The notes beneath the pieces were generated by a model. That model had not been told where the DNA came from. It made no database searches and saw only the letters and a list, made by a program, of their open reading frames with translations. A stretch of 64,000 nt of DNA from an uncultured Acidobacteriota bacterium. Lineage in GTDB: Bacteria > Acidobacteriota > Vicinamibacteria > Vicinamibacterales > CAVVIG01. The position numbers and the translations under genes were made by a program. The stretch lies in assembly GCA_963696165.1 (NCBI GenBank), contig CAVOIY010000005.1:407780-471779 (forward strand), written 5' to 3'. Positions 48,529-58,523 of the stretch are shown here, one piece after another (the first letter of the stretch is position 1; the number at the start of each line of letters is the position of its first letter).

Positions 48529-51403
48529 ATGAAAGCTCTCCGTAGGACGTTCTTGATTGCGATGTGCATTCTGGCGGCATCGACCGCGCGCGCCCAGGTG
48601 CAGACCGGATCCATCCTCGGCGTCGTCAGCGACGCGAGCGGCGCAGTACTGCCGGGCGCCACCATCTCGCTGGCCGGCGACAAACTGATCGGCGGCGTGC
48701 AGACGCAAACCGCCGATGCGACCGGCGCGTACCGGTTCGACCGGCTGCCTCCGGGCAACTACCGCGTCAAGTTCGAGCTCCAGGGCTTCAAGACGGTCGA
48801 CCGGGCCGACATCAAGATCGACGCCGGCTTCATCGCGACGATCAACGCGAAGCTCGAAGTCGGCAGCGTCAACGAAACGATCACCGTCACCGGCGAGTCG
48901 CCGACGGTCGACACGAAGTCGAATCTGCAGCAGACCGTGATGAACCAGGACATTCTCGAAGGCGTGCCCTCGGGCCGCGACCCCTGGTCCATCGCGAAGA
49001 TCATTCCCGGCGTGCAGGTCTCCACGTACGACGTCGGCGGCACGCAGTCGATTCAGCAGAGCTCGCTGTCCTCGCACGGTTCGAACACCAACGACGTCAG
49101 CTACAACATCGACGGCGCCACGGTGAACTGGCCGGGCGGCGGCGGCGGCGCGACGATGCTGTACTACGACCAGGGGATGTTCGAGGAAGTGAACTACATG
49201 ACGTCGGCGATCCCGGCCGAAGTGATGGTGGGCGGCGTCTCGATCAACATGGTCACCAAGGACGCCGGCAACAAGTGGCGCGGCGACACGCGCTACTCGT
49301 ATTCGAACGGCTGTGCGTCGCCGACGAACCCGACGCCGGGCTGCCTCGAGTGGGACAACCTCCAGCCGGGCATCAGCTCCGGCACGCTGCCGCGACGCTG
49401 CTCGGCAACCCGACGCAGACAACCTACGATTTCAACATCGCGGGCGGTGGCGCCCTCGTGCAGGATCGCCTCTGGGTGAACGGATCGGTCCGCCGGTGGA
49501 CGGTCAACAAGCTGGTGAACGCACGGAACCCGGACAAGACACAAGCGATCGACGACAACACATTGAAGAACTATTCAGGCAAGGCCGTCTTCTCGGCATC
49601 CTCGAATCAGAAGGTGCAGTTCTCCTACAACTGGAACAACAAGATCCGCGGCCATCGCCGCGATTCGAACCAGTTCCAGCCAGATATCGCATCGGTCGTG
49701 CAAACGAATCCGGCGTCGTCGACGCAGGGGAAGTACACCGGCATTCACAACAGGCTGGTGTTCGAGTCGTCGTTCAGCTGGATGAACGGCGAGACCGATT
49801 ACAACTACCAGCCCGGGACGCCGACGACGGCGTACCGCATCGAGGACTCGACGTTCAACACGGCCATCGGCGCGGCGCCGCGGCAGGAATATCAGCCGAA
49901 CTCCCGCGTGGAATTCGACAACGTCGTCTCGTACACGAAGTCGGGTTTCGGCGGCGACCATCTGTTCAAAGGCGGCGTGCAATTCGCGCGGCTCCACTTC
50001 GACGACAAGTACACGGTGTTGAACGACACGTTTCTCGAATACACCGGCGGCAAGGCGACGTCGGTGATCCAGTCCAACACGCCGACCGAATACGACAACA
50101 TCGACCGCGAGATCGGGTTCTTCATCCAGGACGCGTGGACGATGGCGAATCACCTGACGGTGAACCTCGGCATGCGCTTCGACCACAACGTCGGCATTCT
50201 ACCGGCGCAGTCGGTCCCGGGCGGGCAATTCGTCGGGCCCCAGTCGATTCCGGAATCGTCGCCGATCAACCAGAACCTCGCGGTATGGCGGACGGGTCTC
50301 GTCTACGACCCGGTCGGCGATGGAAAAACGGCACTGAAGGCGAGCTACAGCCGTTATGGATTGCAGGTCGGCATCGACCGTGTAACGAACATCAATCCGT
50401 TCCAGAACACGACCCGCACGTGCACCTGGACCGATCCGAACAACGACGGTCTCCCGCAAGCGAGCGAGATCTCGAACTGCGGCGCGTTTCCGGGCCTGAA
50501 CGTGCACTACGCCGATACGACGAACGGTCCGAAGTGGCCGTACTCCGACGAAATCACCGCCGGCATCGAGCGGCAGGTGATTACCGACATGCGCGTCGGC
50601 GTCATGTATTACCACCGCACGAATCGGAACCAGATCGGCACGCGCAACACCGCGGTTCCGGCGAACGACTACACGCGCGGCGACGGTCAACATTCCGAAC
50701 GGTCCGAATGGCGCGACGACGGCAACGCTCTATAACCTGAGCAATCCGGCGTTCAACAGCCAGTCGTTCACCGTGCTCGACAACGAACCGTATCTCGACA
50801 CCGTCTACAACGGCGTCGACCTCACCGCGAGCAAGCGGTTCTCGCATCGCTGGCAGATGGTGGCGGGTCTCACGCTCGGGAAGAACACCGGCGGTCTCAA
50901 CGCGAACCGGCGGCCAGTCTGGCAGCAACGATCTGAACGATCCGAACCTGCTGACGTTCTCGAACGGCATCGTCGGCAACGACTCGCCGGTGGCGTTCAG
51001 ACTGTCGGGCAGCTACTCGGCGCCGTGGGATATCCTCGTGGCCGGCACGTTCATCGCGAACAGCGGCTTCCCGTACGTGTCGACGTTCTCGGTTACCAAG
51101 GCGGCGTTCCCGGGCCTCTGCACGTCCGGCTGCGGGACAGGGCTGGTGCGTTCGAGCCAGACCGTGCTGCTGAGCGATCGTGGTGACGAACGGCTGCCGC
51201 CCGTCCGGCAGCTCGATCTCCGCGTCTCGCGCGCCTTCAAGTTCGCGGGCAATCGGCGGATCGTTCCGCAGTTCGACCTGTTCAACGTCGGCAACTCGTA
51301 CACGCCGACCTCCGTTGTCGGCGCCGTGGGCTCGACGTGGAGACAGCCGAGCGCGATTATCTCGCCGCGCATCGCGCGCGTCGGGTTCAGCATCAACTTC
51401 TAG
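48529..51403 (+). CDS. TonB-dependent receptor-like outer-membrane protein with CarboxypepD_reg-like N-terminal domain (about three frame breaks)
   Basis: AGGAG upstream. Signal MKALRRTFLIAMCILAASTARA. SILGVVSDASGAVLPGATISL...YRFDRLPPGNYRVKFELQGF. Barrel end is RIARVGFSINF then stop. Confidence 0.8.
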
Positions 51404-51406
51404 CGA

Positions 51407-51447
51407 TTTGTAGCGCGAGGCTTCAGCCGAGCGAAATCGAACCGCGG
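51407..51447 (+). repeat. 41-nt repeat, copy 1 (REP-like head plus AAATCGAACCGCGG tail)
   Basis: TTTGTAGCGCGAGGCTTCAGCCGAGCGAAATCGAACCGCGG, identical to copy 2. Confidence 0.9.
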
Positions 51448-51454
51448 AGCACGC

Positions 51455-51492
51455 AGAGCTCGCCGAGTAAAATCGGCGAGCTCTGTTTTTTT
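51455..51492 (+). terminator. rho-independent terminator after the receptor gene
   Basis: AGAGCTCGCCGA-GTAAAA-TCGGCGAGCTCT (12-bp perfect stem) followed by GTTTTTTT. Confidence 0.7.
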
Positions 51493-51504
51493 AGGGCGGC
51501 CTTC

Positions 51505-51545
51505 TTTGTAGCGCGAGGCTTCAGCCGAGCGAAATCGAACCGCGG
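51505..51545 (+). repeat. 41-nt repeat, copy 2, followed by a T7 run
   Basis: Identical 41/41 to 51407-51447. Confidence 0.9.
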
Positions 51546-51550
51546 TTTTT

Positions 51551-52867
51551 TTACGCGAAGGGCCGGTCGATTGTCGGGCTCGGTTCCGAGAAGAACTTCG
51601 GACCGCTCTCGGTGATGTGCAGGCAGTCTTCCAGCCGGATCCCAAACTCCCCGTAGATCGCAATCATCGGCTCGTCGCTGAAGCACATGCCGGGCTGGAT
51701 CGGCGTCTTGTTGCCGCGCACGAAATTCGTCCATTCGTGCCCGTCGAGTCCGATGCCGTGGCCGGTGCGGTGGGGAAGCCCAGGCACCTTGTAATCAGGC
51801 CCGAAGCCGGCGTCGGTGATCACCTTCCTCGCCGCAGCATCCACCGCCTCGCACGCCACCCCGGGTTTTGCGGCCGCGAATGCCGCCGCCTGCGCGCGAT
51901 GCTCGAGATTCCACACGTCGACCTGCCGCTTCGTCGGCTTCCCGAATACGACCGTTCGCGTGATGTCCGACTGATACCCGTCCACATTGCACCCATCGTC
52001 GACCTGGACGACGTCGCCTTCGCGGAGTTTCTGCGGTGCGATGCTGCCGTGCGGAAAGGCGGTGTATTTGCCGAAGCTGACCGCCACGACGCCGCCGGTC
52101 GCGCCGATCGCCCGGTAGGCGGCGAGGATGTTGCCCCGCAGTTCGTCCTGCGTCATCCCTTCCTTCAGGGTCGCGAAGCCTGCCTTGTACGCCGCGATCG
52201 TCATGTCGTTGGCGCGCTGCATGAGGGCGATTTCGGCCGGCGATTTGATCATGCGGCATCCCGCCGTAATCGGGTCGGCGCTGTCGTAATCGAGCCCCGG
52301 CGCTTCCTTCTTCACGCCGTTGAAGACGAAGAAGCGCAGCCGCTCCTCGATGCCGACTTTCCCGGTCGCGACGCCGCGATCCTTCAGGATCTGCGCGACG
52401 AGCCGATACGGGCTCTCGTCCTCCTGCCACGTCCGCACGTCGTTCCCGAAGGTGATGAGCTCGCGGGCGCGCGCCTCCTCAAAGCCCGGGCAGACCCAGG
52501 CGAGGTCGCCTTTCGCCGGAATCACGGCAACGAATGGACGTTCGCTGAGCCCCCAGCGCACGCCCGTGAAATAGAACAGGCTCGACCCGCCTTCGAGAAC
52601 GATTGCATTGATTCTGCGGTCAGCCATGAGACGCCGCGCCTTCTCGAGCCTGGCCTGCCGCTCATCCTTCGTGATCGGAACGATGCCCGCCGTCATCGGG
52701 CGCAGCGCGGCAATCGCGGGTGGCACCTGACCCGGTGCCGGCGCGCTGCCGCCACCGCCGGGGCGATCCGTGGCGCCCTGCGCGCGCAAGACCGTCGCTG
52801 CACACGCAGCCGCGCCGCCGGCTGCCGACCATTTCAGAAACGCGCGCCGGTTTGTTCTCACCGTCAT
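51551..52867 (-). CDS. M24-family Xaa-Pro peptidase with Tat signal, intact
   Basis: GGAGGG upstream of ATG 52867. MTVRTNRRAFLKWSAAGGAAA. VQVDDGCNVDGYQSDITRT, HRTGHGIGLDGHE, CFSDEPMIAIYGEFGIRLED. Confidence 0.85.
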   Translation of the reverse strand: MTVRTNRRAFLKWSAAGGAAACAATVLRAQGATDRPGGGGSAPAPGQVPPAIAALRPMTAGIVPITKDERQARLEKARRLMADRRINAIVLEGGSSLFYFTGVRWGLSERPFVAVIPAKGDLAWVCPGFEEARARELITFGNDVRTWQEDESPYRLVAQILKDRGVATGKVGIEERLRFFVFNGVKKEAPGLDYDSADPITAGCRMIKSPAEIALMQRANDMTIAAYKAGFATLKEGMTQDELRGNILAAYRAIGATGGVVAVSFGKYTAFPHGSIAPQKLREGDVVQVDDGCNVDGYQSDITRTVVFGKPTKRQVDVWNLEHRAQAAAFAAAKPGVACEAVDAAARKVITDAGFGPDYKVPGLPHRTGHGIGLDGHEWTNFVRGNKTPIQPGMCFSDEPMIAIYGEFGIRLEDCLHITESGPKFFSEPSPTIDRPFA

Positions 52868-52892
52868 TTGATCTCTTCCCTCCATCGACTTC

Positions 52893-52986
52893 TCATCACG
52901 AAGACACGAAGATCACGAAGCGCACGAAGCACGTTTGTACAAGAGTTATTCGTGTCCTTCGTGGATCCTTCGTGCCTTCGTGATGA
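52893..52986 (-). repeat. about 94-nt hairpin built from CACGAAG x4 and CTTCGTG x3 heptamers between the amidohydrolase and M24 genes
   Basis: TCATCACGAAGACACGAAGATCACGAAGCGCACGAAGCACG ... CGTGTCCTTCGTGGATCCTTCGTGCCTTCGTGATGA. Confidence 0.85.
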
Positions 52987-54495
52987 ACTGGTGTCGCTGA
53001 TAGTACGCGCCTCTCGGGCAGCCGGTCGCGATCGACGACGTGCCCTTCTTTGAGGACGGCCGTCACTTTGCGCAGATTGCTGATGTCGGCGAGCGGATCG
53101 GCGCCGAGGATGACGATGTCGGCGAGCTTGCCCGGTTTCGATCGTGCCGAACTCCTTCGAGCCGCGTGCGGCGATGGCGCCGTTCTTCGTCGCCGAGACG
53201 ATCGCCTGCGCCGGGCTCATTCCGAGCTCCACGAGTCCTTCGATCGCCATGATCGTGCCGATGCCGTGGTCCTGCTCTGGCGGTTTGGGCGTCCGCGTCA
53301 GCTCCGCCGCGGCGGCCCAGTAGCTGTCGGTGCCCGGGGTGAGCCGGCAACCCGCACGAATCAGTTTCTGCGCGTTGCGGCGGCGCGCCTCGAGGTCGGC
53401 GCCGAGATCGGTCGCCTCTTTGCGCCGCTCGGCGGTCGTCTTCTCGCGCTTCGGCGTCGGCGCCTCCTTCTCAGCTTCGCTGCGCTTCTTCTCGGCCTCT
53501 TCCTTCGTCTTGAGATGCTTCTTCCAGGCGGGTCCCGTAATCGTGCTCGCCAGCATCGACCCGATCAGCCCGCGATCGTGAATGGCGGCCACGAGGTCGT
53601 CGGGCATGTCGAGGCCGTCGAGCAGCTCCGGGTGCTGGATGCCATCGATGCCGGCGGCTATCGAAATGCGGAGCCCTTCGACGCTCGTCGAGTGCGTCTC
53701 GACGAACCGATTGCGCAGATGGCCCTCCTCGACGATCGCCTGCTGCGCTTCGGCCGAGAAGCCGATGAAGGTCGGCTCCGAGAAATGGCTCGTGCCGCCG
53801 TACTTGAGGAAATCGGGCCCCTTGTCGATGTATGCGTTGATTGCCCGGCGGAGCTCCGGCAGGCGCATCGCCATCAGCTCTTCGCCGCCGCCCTGCGAGA
53901 TGAAATCGTTCATCTGCTCCTGGAAGAGCGTCAGTTGGCCCATGACGCGGCTGAACGAGAACGAGTAGGGCCCACTCCACCCGAGGATGTTGCCCGCCGC
54001 CAGAATCCGCGCCCCGATTTTGTCGCCGCGCGCAATCTGGTCGCGCACTTTCGTGAGCGGCACAAGCGCGCCGTAACTGTCCCGCACGGTCGTGATGCCG
54101 TACCGCAGATCGATCTGCGCGGCTTCGAGGACGATCTCTTCCTGTCGCGGCTGGTAGCGAACGAGCGTCTCGTACCGATCGTTCTGGCCGCCATAGAGCG
54201 ACAGGTGAACGTTGGTGTCGATGAGACCGGGAACGAGCCAGCGGCCGCGCGCGTCGATTTGCCGCGCATCGGCGGGCACCGGCACCTTGCTGCGCGGACC
54301 GACCGCGGTGATTCGTGTGCCCGCGATCAGCACGACCGCATCGGGGATCGGCGAGCCGCCGTTGCCGTCGATCACCGTCCCGCCGACGATTGCCGTCGTT
54401 GCCGGCGCCGGCGCCCGGTCTTGTGCCGTCACGCCGAGGGCGGACACGACAACCACCGCCCACACGGCCGTCCAGATCGCGCGCTGCCATTTCAT
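52896..54495 (-). CDS. secreted metal-dependent amidohydrolase with Lys/Glu-rich insert (frame change near 53135; 3' end runs into a repeat hairpin and is uncertain)
   Basis: GGAG upstream of ATG 54495. Signal MKWQRAIWTAVWAVVVVSALGVTAQ. LVPGLIDTNVHL, SIAAGIDGIQH, GTIETG then (other frame) KLADIVILGADPLADISNLRKV. Confidence 0.8.
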
Positions 54496-54515
54496 GTGTT
54501 CACTCCACCGCTCGT

Positions 54516-54559
54516 TCATCACGAAGCCACGAAGCAACACGAAGCTCGCGTGACTTCGG
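54516..54559 (-). repeat. CACGAAG x3 array with short inverted arm between the MFS and amidohydrolase genes
   Basis: TCATCACGAAGCCACGAAGCAACACGAAGCTCGCGTGACTTCGG. Confidence 0.8.
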
Positions 54560-54565
54560 CTAATA

Positions 54566-55951
54566 CTACTCAACTCGAGGGCGCCCGATGGCGATGTATG
54601 CGCATCCGGCGCTCGCCCAGGCCAGCGCGGCGGATGCGAGCATGATCCATCGAAAGCCGGTTGCGAACGAGTCCGCCGCGGCGATCAGAATGCCGAGCGC
54701 GGCGATTGCGATAAGGCCTGCCACGCGCGAAACCGCGTTGTTGATCCCAGAAGCGGTCCCCGCATGCGCATCGTCGACAGCCGCCATCACAGTCGTCGTC
54801 AGGGGCGCCACCGTCAGCGCCATGCCGGCGCCAAGCGTCACCACGGCCGGGAACACGCTCGTCCAATACGATCGCCCGACGCCCATCATCGCGAACATCA
54901 CGTAGCCGACACCGCCGACGAGCGGCCCGAGGACGAGCGGCCGTCGCGAACCGTATTTCGCCACCAGACCGCCGGACCATCGAGACAGCGCGAACATCAG
55001 ACCGATCATCGGCAGCGTCGCGGCACCCGCGGCCGTTGCCGAGTAACCCTGCAGTTGAATGAGATTCAGCGGCAGGAAGAAAAAGCAGGCGCCCAGACTG
55101 CCATAGAGCAGGAACGTGAGAGCGTTGGCGCCGGCGAAATCGTTTGATCGAAACAGCCGCAGCGGCACGATCGGCCGAGCAACGCGCGACTCCGTCCTGA
55201 AGAAGAGAACGAACGATACGGCGCTGCCCACAAGCATCGCGGCGATCAGCGGATCGCGCCACCCACGCGCGGGTGAGTGGAGCAGCGCGACGACCAGCAG
55301 ACCGAGTGCCAGCGTGATGAGGAGACTGCCTGTTGCATCAGGCGACCCCGACCGCTCGCGCCCGCCGACCTCGCCGACTTTCGATCCGAGGATCAGCAGG
55401 ACCAGCGCCGCAATCGGGATATTGATGAAAAATGCCGCGCGCCACGACAGGTGGTCGACGAGCCAGCCGCCGAGCACCGGACCGCCGGCGGACGTGATCG
55501 CCGAAAATCCCGACCACGTTCCGATCGCTGCTCCTCGGGCATCGGGCGGAAACGACGCGCTCAGGATCGCGAGGCTTTCCGGTACCAGCAGCGCTGCACC
55601 GACGCCTTGCACGGCGCGCGCCGCGATAAGCTGTTCGATCGACGCGGCGAAGCCGCATGCCGCCGACGCGCCAGCGAAGAGCGCCACGCCGATGGCGAAC
55701 AGGCGCGCGCGGCCGTAGACGTCGCCGAGCGAACCGCCGATCAGCAGGAGCGACGACAGGAAGAGGGCGTAAGCCTCGACGACCCACTGCAGGTCGGTGA
55801 GCGAGGCGGCGAAGCTGCGCTGAATGGCCGGCAGCGCGACATTCACGACGGTCCCGTCGATGAACGCCATGCTCGACCCGAGAATCGTGACGACGAGGAT
55901 CCATTGGCCGCGTCGTGCATCTGTGGTTGTGGCGCGAGGCGAACCGGCCAT
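54566..55951 (-). CDS. MFS transporter, DHA2/EmrB-like (14 predicted TM), intact
   Basis: LGSSMAFIDGTVVNVALPAIQRSF, GGSLGDVYGRARLF, AVQGVGAALLVPESLAILSASF, WRAAFFINIPIA. Confidence 0.85.
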   Translation of the reverse strand: MAGSPRATTTDARRGQWILVVTILGSSMAFIDGTVVNVALPAIQRSFAASLTDLQWVVEAYALFLSSLLLIGGSLGDVYGRARLFAIGVALFAGASAACGFAASIEQLIAARAVQGVGAALLVPESLAILSASFPPDARGAAIGTWSGFSAITSAGGPVLGGWLVDHLSWRAAFFINIPIAALVLLILGSKVGEVGGRERSGSPDATGSLLITLALGLLVVALLHSPARGWRDPLIAAMLVGSAVSFVLFFRTESRVARPIVPLRLFRSNDFAGANALTFLLYGSLGACFFFLPLNLIQLQGYSATAAGAATLPMIGLMFALSRWSGGLVAKYGSRRPLVLGPLVGGVGYVMFAMMGVGRSYWTSVFPAVVTLGAGMALTVAPLTTTVMAAVDDAHAGTASGINNAVSRVAGLIAIAALGILIAAADSFATGFRWIMLASAALAWASAGCAYIAIGRPRVE

Positions 55952-56000
55952 GTGCGGACGAGCGACGATACCTCAATCCGTAGTACCGTCGTTCTTTCGC

Positions 56001-57645
56001 ATGGCGCCGCCGACCGGCATTTTCCCAACCCTCGACTCCGCCCAGATGGCCCGTATCGCACGCTACGGGAAATGTCACGCCGTCCAGGCCGGGCAGACGC
56101 TCTACGAACAAGGGGCCGAAGCGCGATCGTTTTTCGTCGTCCTCTCCGGTTCCATCGAAGTGGTGCGCGAGGACGGCGCGACTGAGGAGATCATCGCGCA
56201 GCACGGCGTCGGTCAGTTCAGCGGCGACGTGCACTTGTTGTCCGGCCGGCGCAATATCGTTCGCGGCCGCATGCGAACCGCCGGCGAGGTGATCGAGCTC
56301 GATCGCGAGAGCCTCCGTACGCTCGTCCAGACCGACGCGGAGCTCGGCGAGATCCTGATGCGCGCGTTCATCCTGCGCCGGGTCGAGCTCGTGCAGCACG
56401 GACAAGGGGACGCGGTGCTGCTCGGATCGAGCCACTCCCCAGGCACGCTGCGCATCAAGGAATTCCTCACGCGGAACGGCCACCCGTACTGGTACGTCGA
56501 CCTCGAGCGCGACAGCGGCACGCAGGCGCTCCTCGATCAATTCCACGTCGCCGTCGAGGACGTGCCCGTGTTGATCTGCAGCGGAAAGAACGTGCTCCGC
56601 AATCCCAGCAACGCCGAGGTCGCCGACTGTCTGGGCTTCAACGAAGCGATCGACGAGACGCATGTCCGCGACGTCGTGGTCGTCGGAGCGGGACCATCCG
56701 GTCTCGGAGCTGCCGTGTATGCCGCGTCGGAAGGCCTCGATGTCCTCGTCGTCGAAACCAGCGCGCCGGGCGGCCAGGCCGGATCGAGCTCCAAGATCGA
56801 AAACTATCTCGGTTTTCCGATGGGCATTTCCGGCCAGGAGCTGGCTGCGCGTGCGTACACGCAGGCGCAGAAGTTTGGCGCGGAAGTGCTCGTGGCGCGA
56901 GCCGCGGCGAGGCTCACTTGCAATCGTCAGCCGCTGGTGATCGAAATGGAGGGCGGCGCGCGGCTGCCGACGCGCACTGTCATCGTGGCAACCGGCGCGG
57001 AGTACCGCAAGCTCACAACGGTCGACGCATCGCGGTTCGAGGGCGCCGGCATCTACTACGGGGCGACGGCGATCGAAGCGCAGCTATGCGCCGCGGAAGA
57101 AGTGATCGTCGTCGGCGGCGGGAACTCGGCAGGCCAGGCCGCCATGTTTCTCGCGGCGAGCGCTAAGCATGTACACATCCTCGTGCGGTCGAGCCGCCTG
57201 GCCGACACGATGTCGCGCTATTTGATTCGGCGGATCGAAGACAGTCCGGCCGTCACCGTGCGGACGCACTGCGAGATCGTGTCGCTCGCCGGCAGCGATC
57301 GGCTCGAAGAAGTGACATGGCGCGACAACCAGACGGGCGCGCTCGAGCCGCGGCCGATTCGCCATGTGTTTCTGATGATGGGCGCCAGCCCCAACACGCC
57401 GTGGCTGAGCGGCTGCGTCGCGCTCGACAACGGCGGTTTCATCAAAACCGGTCCTGATCTCAGCGCCGACGAATCTGGCGCGTGCGAAGTGGTCGCGTGC
57501 GCGGCCGCCGTATCTGCTCGAAACGAGCGTGCCCGGAGTGTTCGCGGTCGGCGACGTTCGCGCGGGCAACATCAAGCGCGTCGCCTCGGCCGTCGGCGAA
57601 GGCTCGATGTCCGTGCATTTCATCCACAAAGTACTGGCCGAGTAG
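56001..57645 (+). CDS. cyclic-nucleotide-binding domain fused to thioredoxin-reductase-like FAD/NAD(P) oxidoreductase (frame change near 57470)
   Basis: cNMP-like FFVVLSGSIEVVREDG...GQFSGDVHLLSG. DVVVVGAGPSGLGAAVYAASEG, VIVVGGGNSAGQAAMFLA. Tail is GVFAVGDVRAGNIKRVASAVGEGS. Confidence 0.8.
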
Positions 57646-57657
57646 AGCGAGGTCGTC

Positions 57658-57927
57658 GTGGCTGCAGACACGTGCACACATATCGCTGCCGTATCCACCG
57701 TCAAGCCTGCCAAGCGCCATGCCTGCGAGGAGTGCGTGAAGATCGGCGCGCGGTGGGTTCACCTTCGCACATGTCAGAACTGCGGCAGCACGCTCTGCTG
57801 CGATTCTTCGCCCAACCAGCACGCCAGCAAGCATGCGCGCGCGACGGGCCATCCGGTGATTGCATCCGCCGAGCCGGGCGAGCGCTGGCTGTACTGCTAC
57901 CCTGACGACGCGTTCTCCGAGTACTGA
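57658..57927 (+). CDS. stand-alone UBP-type zinc-finger (zf-UBP) protein, intact
   Basis: GTG 57658 follows GAGG. CTHIAAV...CEECVKIGARWVHLRTCQNCGSTLCCDSSPNQHASKHARATGHPVIAS...WLYCYPDDAF matches the Cys/His pattern of zf-UBP. Confidence 0.8.
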   Translation: MAADTCTHIAAVSTVKPAKRHACEECVKIGARWVHLRTCQNCGSTLCCDSSPNQHASKHARATGHPVIASAEPGERWLYCYPDDAFSEY

Positions 57928-57963
57928 ATCTGAAGTCAGAATTGAGAACTGAGAACTGAGAAC
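57928..57963 (+). repeat. CTGAAG-containing palindrome plus TGAGAAC x3 perfect tandem heptamers after the zf-UBP stop
   Basis: ATCTGAAGTCAGAAT then TGAGAACTGAGAACTGAGAAC. Confidence 0.8.
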
Positions 57964-57967
57964 TTCC

Positions 57968-57986
57968 GAAAAAGCGTATCTTACGC
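57968..57986 (-). terminator. weak candidate terminator overlapping the receiver-gene stop
   Basis: Minus strand reads GCGTA-AGA-TACGC followed by TTTTTC. The stem is only 5 bp. Confidence 0.3.
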
Positions 57987-58457
57987 CGGACGCTTTCCAT
58001 CACGGCCGGTACGCAAGCTTGCTCCGCTGTCTGGCAGATCGGCCTTTGCCGTGACGGCGCGCGTACGCGGAAGCTTCGACGCCGCGATCTGTTGACGAAC
58101 TTCGTGGAGGAGCACTTCGGGCAGGCACGGTTTAGTGAGAAATGCGTCGCACCCAGCGAGCTCGGCGCGATCCTGCGCGCTGCGCCACGCGCACGCCGTC
58201 AGCACGATGATGCGTAAGTCCTTGGTTGCGGCGTCGCTTCGAAGCCGCCCAATCAACTCGACGCCGTCGATGTCGCCTGAGAGCAGAATGCCAGTGACGA
58301 TGATGTCGGCGCGTCCGGCGGCGAGCAATGCGTCGGCGGCGTTCGACGCCACAAGCGGCGTCAGGCCGTGGAACCGCAGGAACTCGGCGTACATCGGGCC
58401 GCCTTCGTCAGTGGATGGCTGAACGAGCAGCACGACAACTCCGGAGTCCCTCGACAT
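57981..58457 (-). CDS. single-domain response-regulator receiver lacking the phospho-acceptor Asp
   Basis: VVVLLVQPSTDE, ADIIVTGILLSGDIDG (Gly where the acceptor Asp is expected), RIIVLTACA, AFLTKPC. Intact. Confidence 0.7.
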   Translation of the reverse strand: MSRDSGVVVLLVQPSTDEGGPMYAEFLRFHGLTPLVASNAADALLAAGRADIIVTGILLSGDIDGVELIGRLRSDAATKDLRIIVLTACAWRSAQDRAELAGCDAFLTKPCLPEVLLHEVRQQIAASKLPRTRAVTAKADLPDSGASLRTGRDGKRPA

Positions 58458-58523
58458 GGGTGAGAAGTACGTTGCCGCTGAAAGATGGCCCCGATCAGAC
58501 TATAGGGCTCAGATCGTGAGCGA

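Noticed and set aside
51430-51447. The reverse complement GGTTCGATTTCGC resembles a tRNA T-loop, and the CTGAAG loops resemble a tRNA-Phe anticodon loop. This raised the idea of a tRNA-derived element or a tRNA gene.
   Set aside because: The order of the motifs is not colinear with a tRNA. The stems have the wrong lengths, and there is no acceptor stem or D-arm.
51407-51545. Two identical 41-nt direct repeats separated by a unique 57-nt segment look like a mini CRISPR array.
   Set aside because: There are only two repeats. The supposed spacer is a canonical terminator hairpin, the repeat belongs to the dispersed REP-like family, and no cas genes are present.
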